Positions 19,289 to 27,811 of a stretch of DNA of 57,717 bases are shown here, piece after piece. This stretch comes from an uncultured virus (IMG/VR IMGVR_UViG_3300029319_000009). Its lineage: Duplodnaviria > Heunggongvirae > Uroviricota > Caudoviricetes. The DNA is taken from the IMG/VR virus record IMGVR_UViG_3300029319_000009; one strand, written 5' to 3'. How positions within the stretch are numbered: position 1 is the first letter of the stretch; every line of letters begins with the position of its first letter. Made by a program: the position numbers and the translations under genes. The notes beneath the pieces are model-generated. The model did no database searches, had not been told where the DNA came from, and saw only the letters and a list, made by a program, of their open reading frames with translations.

Positions 19289-20869
19289 ATGGCTTTTAAA
19301 TTAACTAAAAAGCAAATTGTAGCTGAAATTATCCGCTGCGGAAAGGATCCGGTTTACTTTATCAACAACTTTTGTAGGATCTCTCACCCGCTAGAGGGAA
19401 CTATTCCATTTAAGCTTTATGATTTTCAAGGCGACTGCATTGAAAAATTTAACGAGCACCGCTTTAATGTAATTAATAAAGGTCGTCAGTTAGGTATCTC
19501 AACTACAGCAGCAGCTTACATCTGCTGGATGATGCTTTTTCACAGAGATAAGAACATCTTAGTTGTGGCCACTAAACTTAGCACAGCATCTAACCTAGTA
19601 AAGAAAGTAAAGTTCATGATGAAATCACTTCCAGATTGGATGATGATTGCTAAGATCACTACAGACAATAAAAACTCTTTTGAGTTAGCTAATGGCTCAC
19701 AGATCAAAGCTTCTTCAACTTCCGGTGATGCTGGTCGCTCAGAGGCTCTTACCTTATTGGTGATTGACGAGGCTGCTCACATTGAAGGTCTAGATGAGCT
19801 TTGGACTGGTCTTTATCCTACACTATCTACTGGTGGTCGTTGTATTGCTCTATCAACTCCTAACGGTGTTGGCAACTGGTTTCACAAAACATTTACAGAG
19901 GCTGAAGAGGGAAAGAATGACTTTAACACAATCAGTTTACCATGGTCAGTCCACCCAGATAGAGATGAGGAGTGGTTCGCAAAAGAAACTCGCAACATGT
20001 CCCGTAGACAGATTGCCCAAGAGCTTGAATGTTCATTTAACTTTTCAGGTGAAACACTTATTCACGGCGAAGACTTAGAAAGATTACAACAGGGATTGTG
20101 TGAACCAAAATACAAAACAGGTCACGATAGAAACTTTTGGATTTGGGAACCTTATGAGCCCGGTAAAAATTATGTTTTGGTAGCTGATGTTGCTCGCGGC
20201 GATGGTAAAGACTTTTCAGCTTTTCAAGTTTTTGAAACAGATACAATGACTCAGGTAGCTGAGTATCAAGGCAAACCTACTCTTGATGTTTACTCAGAGA
20301 TGATCTTTGAGGCAAGCAGAGAGTTCGGTTTTTGCTTAACGGTAGTAGAAAACAACTCTATTGGTATGACTGTATTAGATAAACTAAGAGAAAGTAAACA
20401 TCCAAATGTTTATTTCTCAATAAAACACTCACATGCTTACATTGACATGTACGAAGCCGAAAACAGCACAAGAGCCGTCCCAGGTGTTACAATGTCTTCT
20501 AAGTCTAGGCCACTAATTATCGCTAAATTTGAAGAGTTCATTCGCACAAAACTAATTACAATAAAGTCTCAAAGACTAGCAAACGAAATGAAAACTTTTA
20601 TTTGGAACAATGGTAGGGCAGAAGCAATGAGAGGTTACAACGATGACCTTGTAATGGCTTGTGCTATTAGCTGTTGGATTAGAGACATTGCTTTAGTTGC
20701 CAACAAAAGAGAGCTTGAATATAAGATGGCTTTTGCTGGAAACTTAAGCAAGTCTAAAAAAGAATTTAATACTAAAATTCCTGGTCAAATAGGTTATACT
20801 AATCCAAGTAAGAAGTTAAGACAACAGCAGAATCAACATAAGAATTTTGCTTGGTTATTTAAGGGATAA
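19289..20869 (+). CDS. Terminase large subunit (T4 gp17-like)
   Basis: LYDFQ motif, Walker A GRQLGIST, Walker B LVIDEAAH, STPNG, nuclease DVARGDGKDFS and NDDLV. Confidence 0.95.
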   Translation: MAFKLTKKQIVAEIIRCGKDPVYFINNFCRISHPLEGTIPFKLYDFQGDCIEKFNEHRFNVINKGRQLGISTTAAAYICWMMLFHRDKNILVVATKLSTASNLVKKVKFMMKSLPDWMMIAKITTDNKNSFELANGSQIKASSTSGDAGRSEALTLLVIDEAAHIEGLDELWTGLYPTLSTGGRCIALSTPNGVGNWFHKTFTEAEEGKNDFNTISLPWSVHPDRDEEWFAKETRNMSRRQIAQELECSFNFSGETLIHGEDLERLQQGLCEPKYKTGHDRNFWIWEPYEPGKNYVLVADVARGDGKDFSAFQVFETDTMTQVAEYQGKPTLDVYSEMIFEASREFGFCLTVVENNSIGMTVLDKLRESKHPNVYFSIKHSHAYIDMYEAENSTRAVPGVTMSSKSRPLIIAKFEEFIRTKLITIKSQRLANEMKTFIWNNGRAEAMRGYNDDLVMACAISCWIRDIALVANKRELEYKMAFAGNLSKSKKEFNTKIPGQIGYTNPSKKLRQQQNQHKNFAWLFKG

Positions 20870-20872
20870 AAA

Positions 20873-22816
20873 ATGGCAGACCAAAGTAGAAATCCAAGGA
20901 ATAATGTTTCTCCACTTTTTAAGGCTCTGACAAGAATCTTTTCCGGTCCTATTATTAACTATAATCAGCGACAGGTGGCTCTTGATAGAAGAAAAAACTT
21001 AAACAAGTATTCAAATAAATTTAAATCACTAGCAGGACTAGACTTTAAAAAGTCTCGTTATAATCCATACGATTACATGCAAACTGCTATCATGGTTAAC
21101 CACAATCGAGCAGAACGATACTTAGACTTCGATCAGATGGAATATATGCCCGAGTTGGCATCGGCATTAGACATTTATGCTGATGAAATGACGACTCACA
21201 GCATCTTAACTCCCTTATTAAAGATTGATTGTCATAACGAAGAATTAAAGTCTATTCTTGAAGAGCTTTATTACAATGTCTTAAATATTGATTCTAACTT
21301 GTTTAGTTGGTGTCGCAACATGTGTAAGTACGGTGATTACTTCCTATACTTGGATGTTGATGAAAAGATGGGCGTCACTTCAGCTATCGGTCTACCATTA
21401 AGAGAGATCGAAAGATTAGAGGGCGAAGACAAATCTAATCCAAACTACATTCAATACCAATGGAATAATGGTGGATTAACATTCGAAAACTGGCAAATGG
21501 CTCACTTTAGAGTCCTTGGTAACGACAAGTACGCCCCCTATGGAACTTCAGTTCTAGAATCAGCCCGTCGTATTTGGAGACAATTGACTCTAATGGAAGA
21601 CGCAATGATGGCTTATAGAATCGTAAGAGCCCCTGAAAGAAGAGTCTTCAAGATTGATGTTGGTGGTATTCCACCAGAAGATGTTGAGCAGTACATGCAG
21701 AAGGTTATTACCAACATGAAAAGACATCAGTTGGTAGATCCCGACAATGGACAGATCGATCTTCGCTACAACCCAATGTCTGTAGAGGAGGATTACTATC
21801 TACCAGTTCGTCAAGGTTCGGCAACAGAGATCGTAAGTCTCCCAGGTGGTCAGAATGCTGCTGCTATTGACGATGTAAATTATCTAAGAGATAAGATGTT
21901 TTCAGCAATTAAGATACCAAAGTCTTATCTATCACAGCTAGATCAAATGCCTGAAGAGAAAACAACTTTAGCTCAGAAAGATATTCGCTTTGCTAGAACA
22001 ATTCAAAGATTACAAAGATCTGTTGTCGCAGAGCTAGAAAAGATTGGTATTATCCATCTTTATACTTTAGGTTACAGGGGTGAAGACATTATCTCTTTTG
22101 ACCTATCGCTTAATAACCCAAGCAAGCTAGCTCAGATTCAAGAGCTTGAATTCATTAAGCAGAAGTTTGAGGTTGCAGGAGCAGCCCAAGATACAATGTT
22201 TAGCCGTCGTTGGATCGCTGAGCATATCTTTGGTATGGATAATGAAGAATTCCTCAGAAACCAGCGTGAACGATACTTTGATAAAAGGATTGATAAGTCA
22301 CTTGAAGCTTCCGCTGAGGAGCCTGCTTTTGATACCCCAACGGTAGCACCGGCAGCAGAAATAGAAGCCGAGGCTGAGCCCGTCCCAGAGTTGGGCGCTG
22401 AAGAAGAAGCTCCTGAAGCTACGCCAGAAGCCACACCAGAGCCAGCCGCAGAGCCAGCAGCCCCCGCAGCAGAAGAAGAAACAACTCCGCTTCTAGTTGA
22501 GCCAGGAGCCGCCAAAAGAGATGATAGCGTGAACCCCGTTAAAATGACTTTCAAAGACGGCTCAGAAATGTACGTTGGAAAAGGCAAGGGAAAGCGATAT
22601 AAGCCAGTTTCACCATTCGAAGATGGTCGTAAATCCGCAGGTCGTAAAAAGAATTTTTTAAGCACCGCAGGTAAATCAAAAGACATTGGTCAGCTTGGTC
22701 GTGGAATGGTTGAGAACAAGGAAACTATTTATAATAGTTTAGCAGCCCAGTTAGAATCATTAACTGAAAGGGCAAATAAAATAGTTAATGAACTGGAGAC
22801 AGAGGATGAAGTTTAG
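20873..22816 (+). CDS. Portal protein (T4 gp20-like)
   Basis: LMEDAMMAYRIVRAPERRVFKIDVG, EDYYLP and LPGGQN motifs. Follows terminase. Confidence 0.95.
   Translation: MADQSRNPRNNVSPLFKALTRIFSGPIINYNQRQVALDRRKNLNKYSNKFKSLAGLDFKKSRYNPYDYMQTAIMVNHNRAERYLDFDQMEYMPELASALDIYADEMTTHSILTPLLKIDCHNEELKSILEELYYNVLNIDSNLFSWCRNMCKYGDYFLYLDVDEKMGVTSAIGLPLREIERLEGEDKSNPNYIQYQWNNGGLTFENWQMAHFRVLGNDKYAPYGTSVLESARRIWRQLTLMEDAMMAYRIVRAPERRVFKIDVGGIPPEDVEQYMQKVITNMKRHQLVDPDNGQIDLRYNPMSVEEDYYLPVRQGSATEIVSLPGGQNAAAIDDVNYLRDKMFSAIKIPKSYLSQLDQMPEEKTTLAQKDIRFARTIQRLQRSVVAELEKIGIIHLYTLGYRGEDIISFDLSLNNPSKLAQIQELEFIKQKFEVAGAAQDTMFSRRWIAEHIFGMDNEEFLRNQRERYFDKRIDKSLEASAEEPAFDTPTVAPAAEIEAEAEPVPELGAEEEAPEATPEATPEPAAEPAAPAAEEETTPLLVEPGAAKRDDSVNPVKMTFKDGSEMYVGKGKGKRYKPVSPFEDGRKSAGRKKNFLSTAGKSKDIGQLGRGMVENKETIYNSLAAQLESLTERANKIVNELETEDEV
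22724..22733 (+). promoter_or_regulatory. Putative late promoter motif ACTATTTATA
   Basis: Exact motif in the 3' end of the portal gene, upstream of the ATG at 22806. Confidence 0.5.
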
Positions 22817-23627
22817 ACACAATAAAAAGAGAAACCCAGCATTTATTTTTGAAGCTTTGACAAGAGAGTTTGCGAAGGCAAAACTCCATAAAGATCAAGA
22901 AAAGCTCAATAGAGTAAAGAGAGTAATGCAAGAGGTCTTCAATAAAGACGGATTGCTTTACAAGCAGTTAAGACTTTACAAAGCTCTAACAGAGACAAGA
23001 GATGTTGATTACATCACAGCAGAAAAAATTATTGCTGAGGTTCATAGAGTCTTTTCATCATTCGATCAGAAAGCTCTTTATGACGAGCAGACATCAGCTA
23101 TCCACAAGATTAATCACGAGCTAGCACCAACAGTTTTTAATAATTATGTTTCTAACTACAAGTCACTAGCATCAGCTTACCAGATGTTTAACGACAATAC
23201 CATCGGTGTAAAAGACAGAGTTCTTCTAGAGAGAAAAATTATCCAAGAGATGGTAAGCCCATCAGTGGATCAGAAAGAAGAAGAGCCAGTTGACGAGCTA
23301 GTCGTTAAGATGTTTATCAAAAAGTTTAATAATACTTTTGGCAATCTAATGACCGAGCAAAAGACTCTAATCTCAAAGTACATGGGAAGCTTAGAGGATG
23401 ACGACACTGAGCTAAAGATATTTGTTAACGAAGAGTTGGAGAGACTAAAAGAAGAACTTAAAGAGAACATGGGAATCGAAGAGTTCCAAGCTGACGATTC
23501 TATGAAGTCTAAAGCTGGACAGGTTTACAGTCTTCTAGAAGGATTTAAAAACAAGAGAATCTTACAAAAGAACGATCTTGTCTTTATTCTTAAGACTCAG
23601 CAACTAGTAAAGGAGATCAAGGGCTAA
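22806..23627 (+). CDS. Hypothetical head-module protein
   Basis: Helical protein starting MKFRHNKKRN. GGAG/GAGG upstream supports the ATG at 22806. Confidence 0.55.
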   Translation: MKFRHNKKRNPAFIFEALTREFAKAKLHKDQEKLNRVKRVMQEVFNKDGLLYKQLRLYKALTETRDVDYITAEKIIAEVHRVFSSFDQKALYDEQTSAIHKINHELAPTVFNNYVSNYKSLASAYQMFNDNTIGVKDRVLLERKIIQEMVSPSVDQKEEEPVDELVVKMFIKKFNNTFGNLMTEQKTLISKYMGSLEDDDTELKIFVNEELERLKEELKENMGIEEFQADDSMKSKAGQVYSLLEGFKNKRILQKNDLVFILKTQQLVKEIKG

Positions 23628-24205
23628 TGGCTATTGAAATCACTGTAGGCGAAGAAGCAGTCAAGGCTGTTGGAATTGATCCAAATTCCCCACCAGACAT
23701 TATTATTGACATTAAAGGTCCTATCTTTACAATTAAACTAGATGCTAGAAAGACATTAGATAATAATATTATTGTTTACGATCACAAGTTTTTTAATGTT
23801 GTATTTGTTCCATTCAAAAATAAAATTATTACAATGCCAAAGCAGCATGTAAATAGAGACACCTACAACATGCAGAATGACTACTTAACATTTTTGCAGG
23901 AGAAGGGTGCCCTTCAAAACGGAACAATTAAGGGCGGTGGAGTTTTTAGATCTCTAGAAGCATTCTACCCAGTTAATAAAGAATTAGATGTTCTACAGGT
24001 TCTGCTACTTTTAACAAGTGAATATATGAAAAAGCACGGTGGCGATTTCGCAAAGATGGACGATTACATTGATGATGTTGAAGAAATGTATGTTGACCCA
24101 CCAGACGACGAGACAACACCTTACGGCAAGGTCCCACAAGAAGCAGAAAAGGGAACGCTACCAAGCCCTTACGGCAAACCTTACGGCTTAGTTTACAGGA
24201 TTTAA
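23627..24205 (+). CDS. Hypothetical head-module protein
   Basis: TAATG coupling and an AAGGAG SD upstream. Confidence 0.55.
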   Translation: MAIEITVGEEAVKAVGIDPNSPPDIIIDIKGPIFTIKLDARKTLDNNIIVYDHKFFNVVFVPFKNKIITMPKQHVNRDTYNMQNDYLTFLQEKGALQNGTIKGGGVFRSLEAFYPVNKELDVLQVLLLLTSEYMKKHGGDFAKMDDYIDDVEEMYVDPPDDETTPYGKVPQEAEKGTLPSPYGKPYGLVYRI

Positions 24206-24206
24206 A

Positions 24207-24485
24207 ATGCTATGGTTTATTTTAGCTTGCTATGGATTAACTCAAATCCTAGTCTACGGTTCTATTTTTAATTCAATAAGACCAAAACACCACTTCTTTA
24301 AGTGTCCTATGTGTATGGGATTCTGGGTTGGTGTAATAGTTTGTTTGATTTCGCCCTGGACTAGACTATTTACTTTTGAGATTAATGTAGTCAATTTACT
24401 ATTATGTGGTTGGCTAAGTTCAGGCACAAGCTATGCTTTGTGCATGATAATAGGAGACGAAGGAATAAATGTCAAAAGGAATTAA
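24207..24485 (+). CDS. Small membrane protein with CxxC (DUF1360-like)
   Basis: Three hydrophobic segments and a CPMCMGFW motif. Confidence 0.55.
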   Translation: MLWFILACYGLTQILVYGSIFNSIRPKHHFFKCPMCMGFWVGVIVCLISPWTRLFTFEINVVNLLLCGWLSSGTSYALCMIIGDEGINVKRN

Positions 24486-24582
24486 CATTTACACCGAGAA
24501 TCATTGGATGCTTAGACCTCCAACTAATTGTTGCAGAGGCAAGTGTATCGGGCGGGTGATGCCCGCTTTAGGAGATTATTAA
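24469..24582 (+). CDS. 37-aa peptide (MSKGINIYTENHWMLRPPTNCCRGKCIGRVMPALGDY)
   Basis: Translated by hand. AAGGA upstream, and its stop overlaps the next start (TAATG). Absent from the ORF track. Confidence 0.45.
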   Translation: MSKGINIYTENHWMLRPPTNCCRGKCIGRVMPALGDY

Positions 24583-24776
24583 TGAATAAGTTACAACTTA
24601 CAAAAGGCGAACTAACAAAAATCATTCTTGAAGAGGTAAGAAGTATTCAGGAACAAGAACTCGCTCAAATCGCTGACGAGGAAGCAGCAAAGAAAATCGC
24701 CGCTCGTTTACAGCAGAATCCCGAGCTAGGCCCCAAAGTTCTTGCCATTCTAGAGGAAATGGATAACTATGAGTAA
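24582..24776 (+). CDS. Small acidic helical protein, possible internal head protein
   Basis: AGGAG SD precedes the ATG at 24582 (MNKLQLTKGELTKIILEE). Confidence 0.55.
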   Translation: MNKLQLTKGELTKIILEEVRSIQEQELAQIADEEAAKKIAARLQQNPELGPKVLAILEEMDNYE

Positions 24777-25359
24777 ACTAGTCCTAACAGAATTTTTAGA
24801 GTTCAGAACAGACTCCGACCTTCTTACTGAGGCTGAAAGAAAAGCCATTGCAGAGGGTGAGGAGATTTACCTAGCTGGTGTCATGCAAAGAGCAGGTGCT
24901 ACTAATGGTAATGGCAGAATCTACCCAAAACCAATTTTAGAAAGAGAGGTAGAGAATTACCAAAAGCTAGTCCGCGAAGGCAGAGCAGTCGGAGAGTTAG
25001 ATCACCCCGATAGCTCCGTAGTTGAGCTTAAGAATGCTTCACACTTAGTCACAGAAATTAAAATGGACGGTGATGATGTTGTAGGTAAGATTAAGATCCT
25101 AGACACACCAGCAGGTAAAACAGCCATCGGTCTTCTAAAAGGCGGCGTAAAGCTAGGCATCTCTTCAAGAGGTCTAGGTTCTACCAGACAAGAAGCTGGT
25201 AAAACAATCGTTCAAGAAGACTTCCAATTAGTCTGCTTTGATTTGGTCTCCGAGCCATCCACTACTGGAGCATTCATGCTTAGAGAGGGTAAAGAACCAA
25301 ACATTTTTACAAAAGCAGATAAGATTAATAGACTATTAAATGATTTGGTGAAAGAATGA
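24769..25359 (+). CDS. Prohead maturation protease (T4 gp21-like)
   Basis: NGNGRIYP, GELDHP, GISSRGLGS and FDLVSEPS motifs. Confidence 0.95.
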   Translation: MSKLVLTEFLEFRTDSDLLTEAERKAIAEGEEIYLAGVMQRAGATNGNGRIYPKPILEREVENYQKLVREGRAVGELDHPDSSVVELKNASHLVTEIKMDGDDVVGKIKILDTPAGKTAIGLLKGGVKLGISSRGLGSTRQEAGKTIVQEDFQLVCFDLVSEPSTTGAFMLREGKEPNIFTKADKINRLLNDLVKE

Positions 25360-25760
25360 GTGATAAATTAAGAAAAGTTTTAAAGCCGCTTATTAAAGAG
25401 TGCATCAAAGAAATCATCTTTGAGGAAGGTGTTTTATCTTCTATTATTAGAGAGGCTCAAGGCTCGCCAGTTAAAGAGGTTATCAAAGAAGAGAAGCCTT
25501 TTAGCAAATTTACTCAAGAGCCAAAGAAAGAGAATAAGAAATTGGCTGAGACAAGAAATAAAATGAGAGCAGCCATTGCTGGTAAAATCGGAGCAGACTT
25601 TGACCCCTTTGAAGGGACAAGGCCACTAACAGAATCACAAGCTTCAGGCGGTCCATCATCAAGCCCAATGGCTGGTATAGATCCAGGCGATAAAGGTGTA
25701 GATCTTTCCAACATCCCAGGTATGGGTAAGTGGGGAGCAATTAACGAGAGGTTAAAATGA
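25356..25760 (+). CDS. Hypothetical head-module protein
   Basis: ATGA coupling. Repeated I/L-x-E motifs. Confidence 0.55.
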   Translation: MSDKLRKVLKPLIKECIKEIIFEEGVLSSIIREAQGSPVKEVIKEEKPFSKFTQEPKKENKKLAETRNKMRAAIAGKIGADFDPFEGTRPLTESQASGGPSSSPMAGIDPGDKGVDLSNIPGMGKWGAINERLK

Positions 25761-25990
25761 GTAGAACTAAAAATGTTGAGGTGGTTGCTAGAGGCAACAT
25801 GCCCGGTGAGGTTCTAATTAAAAAATTTAACAGGGCTGTTAAGAAGTCTGGAATTATCCAAGAGGTAAGAGAGCGACGATATTATCAAAAGCCTTCTGAT
25901 GTTAAAAGAAAAGAGAGAATTAGAAGAAAGAAACTAATTAAGAAAGCAAACCAAGAAAAAAATAAGGTTGTTAGGGGAAATAGGGATTAA
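25757..25990 (+). CDS. rpsU: Phage-encoded 30S ribosomal protein bS21
   Basis: LIKKFNRAVKKSGIIQEVRERRYYQKPS matches the bS21 core (L+RFKR...G...E.+.R..YEKPS). 77 aa, very basic, SD GAGG. Confidence 0.88.
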   Translation: MSRTKNVEVVARGNMPGEVLIKKFNRAVKKSGIIQEVRERRYYQKPSDVKRKERIRRKKLIKKANQEKNKVVRGNRD

Positions 25991-25992
25991 AA

Positions 25993-26409
25993 ATGTCTAA
26001 TTTTAAATTTGCAAAGCCAGGACTTAATGCTGTAGGTCAATATCAATTAAGCGGAATTCCTTATGCCTCCGCAAGTATTCCAATTGACTCTAGCACTATA
26101 ACAGAGGTGGAGTTTAACACAGTTACTAAGTTTGTTACTGTGGTAAATGAGCACAGTGGTTCATCAGCCAAACTAAGAGTCGGTTTTAGTTCTCTAGGTG
26201 TCAGCACAAACAATCACTATTTTATATTAGATAATGGCGAGTCATACACAGGCGAGTTCAGAGTTTCCAGTCTTTACTTAAGAGGCGACACAACACCCAC
26301 AACAGCTTCAGTCATCGCCGGGTTGACAATGATTGAGAGCAATGAGAACTTACCAAGTAACTGGTCTGCCTCAGATGGAAGCGGCCTCTACAACGAGGGA
26401 ATCGGCTAA
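25993..26409 (+). CDS. Small beta-rich putative virion protein
   Basis: Beta-strand pattern and location in the head module. Confidence 0.5.
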   Translation: MSNFKFAKPGLNAVGQYQLSGIPYASASIPIDSSTITEVEFNTVTKFVTVVNEHSGSSAKLRVGFSSLGVSTNNHYFILDNGESYTGEFRVSSLYLRGDTTPTTASVIAGLTMIESNENLPSNWSASDGSGLYNEGIG

Positions 26410-26411
26410 AG

Positions 26412-27716
26412 ATGATAAGAAGTGGCTTCGGCGCAAAAGGCGGTTCTTTATCAAGTCGCGCCGCTGGAGTGCTCACAGTAGCAGATAAATCCGGTGGAAA
26501 ATACAAAGTAATCCGAGGCATTGCTGGCGATGATTTGCTTGTATGGATTGATGCTTCAAGAACATCAAATGCTTTAGATTCGGATCTAACAAACACCACC
26601 ATTAATCTAGTTGAAGGAACTGCTCCTGTTTTGGGAACAAATGCCCCAAGCACAGTTTTTAGTTCTATTTTAAATTCAACTGCTTATTCGTTTCAAACAA
26701 ATGAAGCATTAAAGTTTAATGCAGGTTTATTCCCATCTAACACAGGCGAAGTAACAATTATTACACGCTTTTGTATTACAGGAACTCCTGGCAACCACAT
26801 TCTTTTTGAATTGGGTAATAGCAATTATCACTCAATCGACGGCGGCATTGGTCTCGGTGCAATTGAGGGTGGTTCCCCAGAAGTGACAAGAAACTGGGTG
26901 GCATGGGGTGGTCAGTCGCCACCAGCAACCGATGGTGATACATTTATTTTGACAGACCAAGTAGAGCAAAATGTCGCTTATAACATTGTTGCAACTTATG
27001 AAGCAGATGTAAACCCAAATAAACTAGAGCTTTATAAAGATGGTGCTATTACTGCTGTAAATAATGAGACTGATTTTGACGGACCAGATACAGCAAACAC
27101 TGCCCATAAAGCATTTATTGGTTGCCGTGCTGGTGACAGTTCACCCAGCATTCCACTAAACGGTCACATCTCTGATTTTATTGTGATTACAAGAAAACTT
27201 ACATCCTCTGAGGCAAGCAGAATTGCATCAGCACTTTCCACAAACAAGGGTGGTACTTTTAGTGTAGACTCTGGTGATAGTGGCGATAGTGGCGACAGTG
27301 GAGTGACTTACACTATCGATGACGTCGCAGGACAGAATATTACAGATACTGCTGGTACTCTTTATGATGATGGTGGTCCAGATGGCACTTACTCTCAGAC
27401 CGACTACACAACTTACATTGTTCCAGGCGCAGGTAAGAAAGTTGTAATTACAATGAGAGAGTTTGAAATGGGTCCTGGCGGCGGCAACTTTAACGAAAAA
27501 TTACGCTTCTTTAATACCACTTCAGGTGTTGTAAACTTCTACGGTAGTATGACAGATGGAGGAGCCAATGCCCCAACAGCAAACCAAGTTATTACTGGTA
27601 TAGATGAAGGTACAGTAACCATTATCTTTGACCAGTCAGGTTATTATGGCGCAGGCGGGTTCTATACTCAGGACGCTGAAGGCTTTAAATTAACTTGGGA
27701 AATAGTTGATGTCTAA
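26412..27716 (+). CDS. Putative virion surface protein: LamG/ConA-like domain + CUB-like domain
   Basis: LLVWIDAS...LELYKDG...FIG...LNGHISDFIV (LamG-like), then GTLYDDGGPDGTY...VVITMREFE...GFKLTW (CUB-like). Confidence 0.7.
   Translation: MIRSGFGAKGGSLSSRAAGVLTVADKSGGKYKVIRGIAGDDLLVWIDASRTSNALDSDLTNTTINLVEGTAPVLGTNAPSTVFSSILNSTAYSFQTNEALKFNAGLFPSNTGEVTIITRFCITGTPGNHILFELGNSNYHSIDGGIGLGAIEGGSPEVTRNWVAWGGQSPPATDGDTFILTDQVEQNVAYNIVATYEADVNPNKLELYKDGAITAVNNETDFDGPDTANTAHKAFIGCRAGDSSPSIPLNGHISDFIVITRKLTSSEASRIASALSTNKGGTFSVDSGDSGDSGDSGVTYTIDDVAGQNITDTAGTLYDDGGPDGTYSQTDYTTYIVPGAGKKVVITMREFEMGPGGGNFNEKLRFFNTTSGVVNFYGSMTDGGANAPTANQVITGIDEGTVTIIFDQSGYYGAGGFYTQDAEGFKLTWEIVDV
27267..27302 (+). repeat. 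Four imperfect 9-bp repeats encoding (DSG)4 linker
   Basis: gactctggt gatagtggc gatagtggc gacagtgga lies between the two domains. Confidence 0.8.
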
Positions 27717-27776
27717 CTAAGGGAATACTATTGCATAAACCTTCCCTCGCCCATAAAGCATTTTAAATTTTTAACA

Positions 27777-27785
27777 ACTATTTAT
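27777..27785 (+). promoter_or_regulatory. Putative late promoter motif ACTATTTAT
   Basis: Intergenic, before the SD AGGAG and the scaffold/capsid operon. Confidence 0.7.
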
Positions 27786-27811
27786 TGTAGCCCATTTTAG
27801 GAGTTATACAA

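Noticed and set aside
24528..24581. TTG start for the 24528-24776 ORF
   Set aside because: A clear AGGAG SD supports the ATG at 24582, and the upstream part belongs to the small ORF in another frame.
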